Shown one piece after another: positions 62,411 to 64,000 of a stretch of 64,000 nt of DNA (position 1 is the first letter of the stretch; each line of letters begins with the position of its first letter). The notes under the pieces are model-generated. The model made no database searches, had not been told where the DNA came from, and saw nothing but the letters and a program-made list of their open reading frames with translations. This DNA comes from an uncultured Gemmatimonadales bacterium. GTDB lineage: Bacteria; Gemmatimonadota; Gemmatimonadetes; Gemmatimonadales; Gemmatimonadaceae. The stretch is from contig CAVPQB010000003.1 of NCBI GenBank assembly GCA_963707505.1, positions 512,001-576,000 of the forward strand, in the 5' to 3' direction. Made by a program: the position numbers and the translations under genes.

Positions 62411-63607
62411 CTACGGTACCCGTTTCACAGCCTCCATCCCCTCGATCAACTCAATCAACCCAACAGCCTCCCACGACTGGTTCCGGCGCGACTCCGACAA
62501 CGACACAAGCACTCCAGCGGCCTGCAGCTGCTCGATAGCCTGGTATATCTGCGATCTTGCACGCCCTGTCGCTGCCGCCGCGACCGCCGAGGAAATCATT
62601 GGGTTGGCCGGCAGGATATCGATCATAGACCACGCAGCCGCGTCTGCGCGTGGGGCCGATGACGATGCAGCAAGTTGCGCGCGCCATTTATCTCTCAACT
62701 CTGCGATCGCCATGAGATACGTCTTGCCGAGCTCCGCGGCGCGCGCAGACGCCGCCGCGAAATAGTTGATCCACTCGCTTACTCCATCGCCGCGGTACCC
62801 GGTGAGGCCGCTGATGTATCGCTTTTTCGCCGCAGCCAACACGATGCTGATCGGCGGTACATACGATGGTGCTATCCCACGACGACGTAGCACGACCTGA
62901 ATCAGTGCGCGACCCGTCCGTCCGTTGCCGTCTTCGAATGGATGTATGGTCTCGAACTGGGCGTGAACCAGCGCGGCCTGAACCAGCGGTGGCAACCGAT
63001 CGTCGTTTATCGCTCGACACAGGTCCACGAGCAACCTGCTTACCTCCTCTGGAGGTGGTGGTACAAAGTCCGCCCCGCAGGGGTTGTAGTCGTTGCCGCC
63101 GATCCAGTTTTGTTGCGTCCGTATCTTTCCCGCGACGCGTTTGTTCTCGGCTCGCTCCATCAGCCGCTTGTGAATGGCTGTGATCTGGGCGATACCAAAG
63201 TTGCTTGCAACGGCTGCGTCATCGATCGCAAGAAGCATTGCGTCGACGTTGGCCAGCACGTCCAGCGCTGTCTGGCTCGTCTTCTGTCCGGAATCCAGCT
63301 TGGCTTCTGCGCGCGCAAGCTCCCGAACTCCCAGCTGCATTCCTTCGATCTTGGATGATGCTATCGACTCCGTTCGCAGTAGCAGACGCGCCAAGGGAGC
63401 CAGGGCTGGCTGCGACCCGTCGTTCAGAGATATTATCGCCTGCTCCGCCTCGGAAACGACCCCGGCGACTTCCCCATCCAAGCTGAGGCGGAGCCTGGAC
63501 AACGACTCCGGTATAAACGGATCGTAATGACAAGCCCTTTTGTATTTCGCGGGGGCATACATACTTGGATCGTACCGCCAAGTTTTCTTCAGATAGAGTC
63601 CCGGCAT
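62411..63607 (-). CDS. Fic family protein with C-terminal HTH
   Basis: ESIASSKIEG, canonical HPFEDGNGRTGR, C-terminal winged-helix-like segment; GAGGGG RBS. Confidence 0.93.
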   Translation of the reverse strand: MPGLYLKKTWRYDPSMYAPAKYKRACHYDPFIPESLSRLRLSLDGEVAGVVSEAEQAIISLNDGSQPALAPLARLLLRTESIASSKIEGMQLGVRELARAEAKLDSGQKTSQTALDVLANVDAMLLAIDDAAVASNFGIAQITAIHKRLMERAENKRVAGKIRTQQNWIGGNDYNPCGADFVPPPPEEVSRLLVDLCRAINDDRLPPLVQAALVHAQFETIHPFEDGNGRTGRALIQVVLRRRGIAPSYVPPISIVLAAAKKRYISGLTGYRGDGVSEWINYFAAASARAAELGKTYLMAIAELRDKWRAQLAASSSAPRADAAAWSMIDILPANPMISSAVAAAATGRARSQIYQAIEQLQAAGVLVSLSESRRNQSWEAVGLIELIEGMEAVKRVP

Positions 63608-63843
63608 GGCCCCTCGGCGACTGGGTATATCCCCTAATAAGATCGACCCTTATTATTGAATACTGTCCATCCAATAATAAGGATATGGACAATATCCCGT
63701 TACCACTGCGCGATCTTATTTTGGGATACCCCGAAAGCCAGAATAAGACTCTCGGTTTATTTTGGCTTGCTCGATACAAACGTTGGCGAGACCCACTGAT
63801 CCCACATCGCAACCAGTCGCGGCGAAAGCGGGCCGGCCGACAT

Positions 63844-64000
63844 TCACGCCCGTGGCAGCTCGAAGATAAATGTGCTCCCCACGCCCAGCTCGCTCTCGAC
63901 GGTAAGATCGCCACCCATCGCCCGCGCCAGATCCCGGCTGATCGCGAGCCCCAGGCCGGTTCCCTCCAGCCGCTGCGAGCGCTCGACTTGCACCTGCACG
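63844..64000 (-). CDS. Sensor histidine kinase, C-terminal HATPase fragment (5' part outside window)
   Basis: Minus strand reads ...[40 protein letters not shown]. Confidence 0.9.
   Translation of the reverse strand, partial: VQVQVERSQRLEGTGLGLAISRDLARAMGGDLTVESELGVGSTFIFELPRA

Noticed and set aside
63219..63914. 231-aa minus-strand ORF bridging the kinase and fic
   Set aside because: It is out of frame with both real genes, crosses the AT-rich regulatory region and shows no motifs.

Overview
Bacterial chromosome segment, most likely Gemmatimonadota (inferred from SusC/SusD genes in a high-GC genome, a short FCB-type RpoD and a stand-alone atpAGDC). It looks like a long-read or metagenome assembly with indel errors. 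From left to right: (1) three SusC-type TonB receptors, two with a SusD inside the window, interrupted by a LolA-like/esterase fusion, a LytS/LytTR pair and two small lipoproteins (1-17.5 kb); (2) a core block of TPM-nucleotidyltransferase-LemA, DsbA-like, waaA, receiver + GGDEF/EAL, heavily frameshifted atpAGDC, an AraC-type regulator and an MlaF-like ATPase (18-30 kb); (3) a ~30 kb cell-surface glycosylation locus (30.3-60.3 kb); (4) an RpoD-like sigma factor, four tRNAs, a Fic gene and a truncated histidine kinase. The glycosylation locus is the best candidate for an undescribed system. It holds five GT-C-like membrane proteins, three GT2, two GT4, two flippase types, a polyprenyl-phosphate phosphoribosyltransferase, a HAD phosphatase, two UGM-like flavoproteins, a Gfo/Idh/MocA enzyme, two methyltransferases, a deacetylase and a GH30-like lipoprotein. 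I read it as a lipid-carrier furanose decoration pathway that lacks recognisable DprE1/DprE2. Non-coding signals include REP-like palindromes, short tandem repeats, a shared operator-like box upstream of the susC genes and nested inverted repeats upstream of fic. All family calls come from motif recognition by eye; no database search was run.
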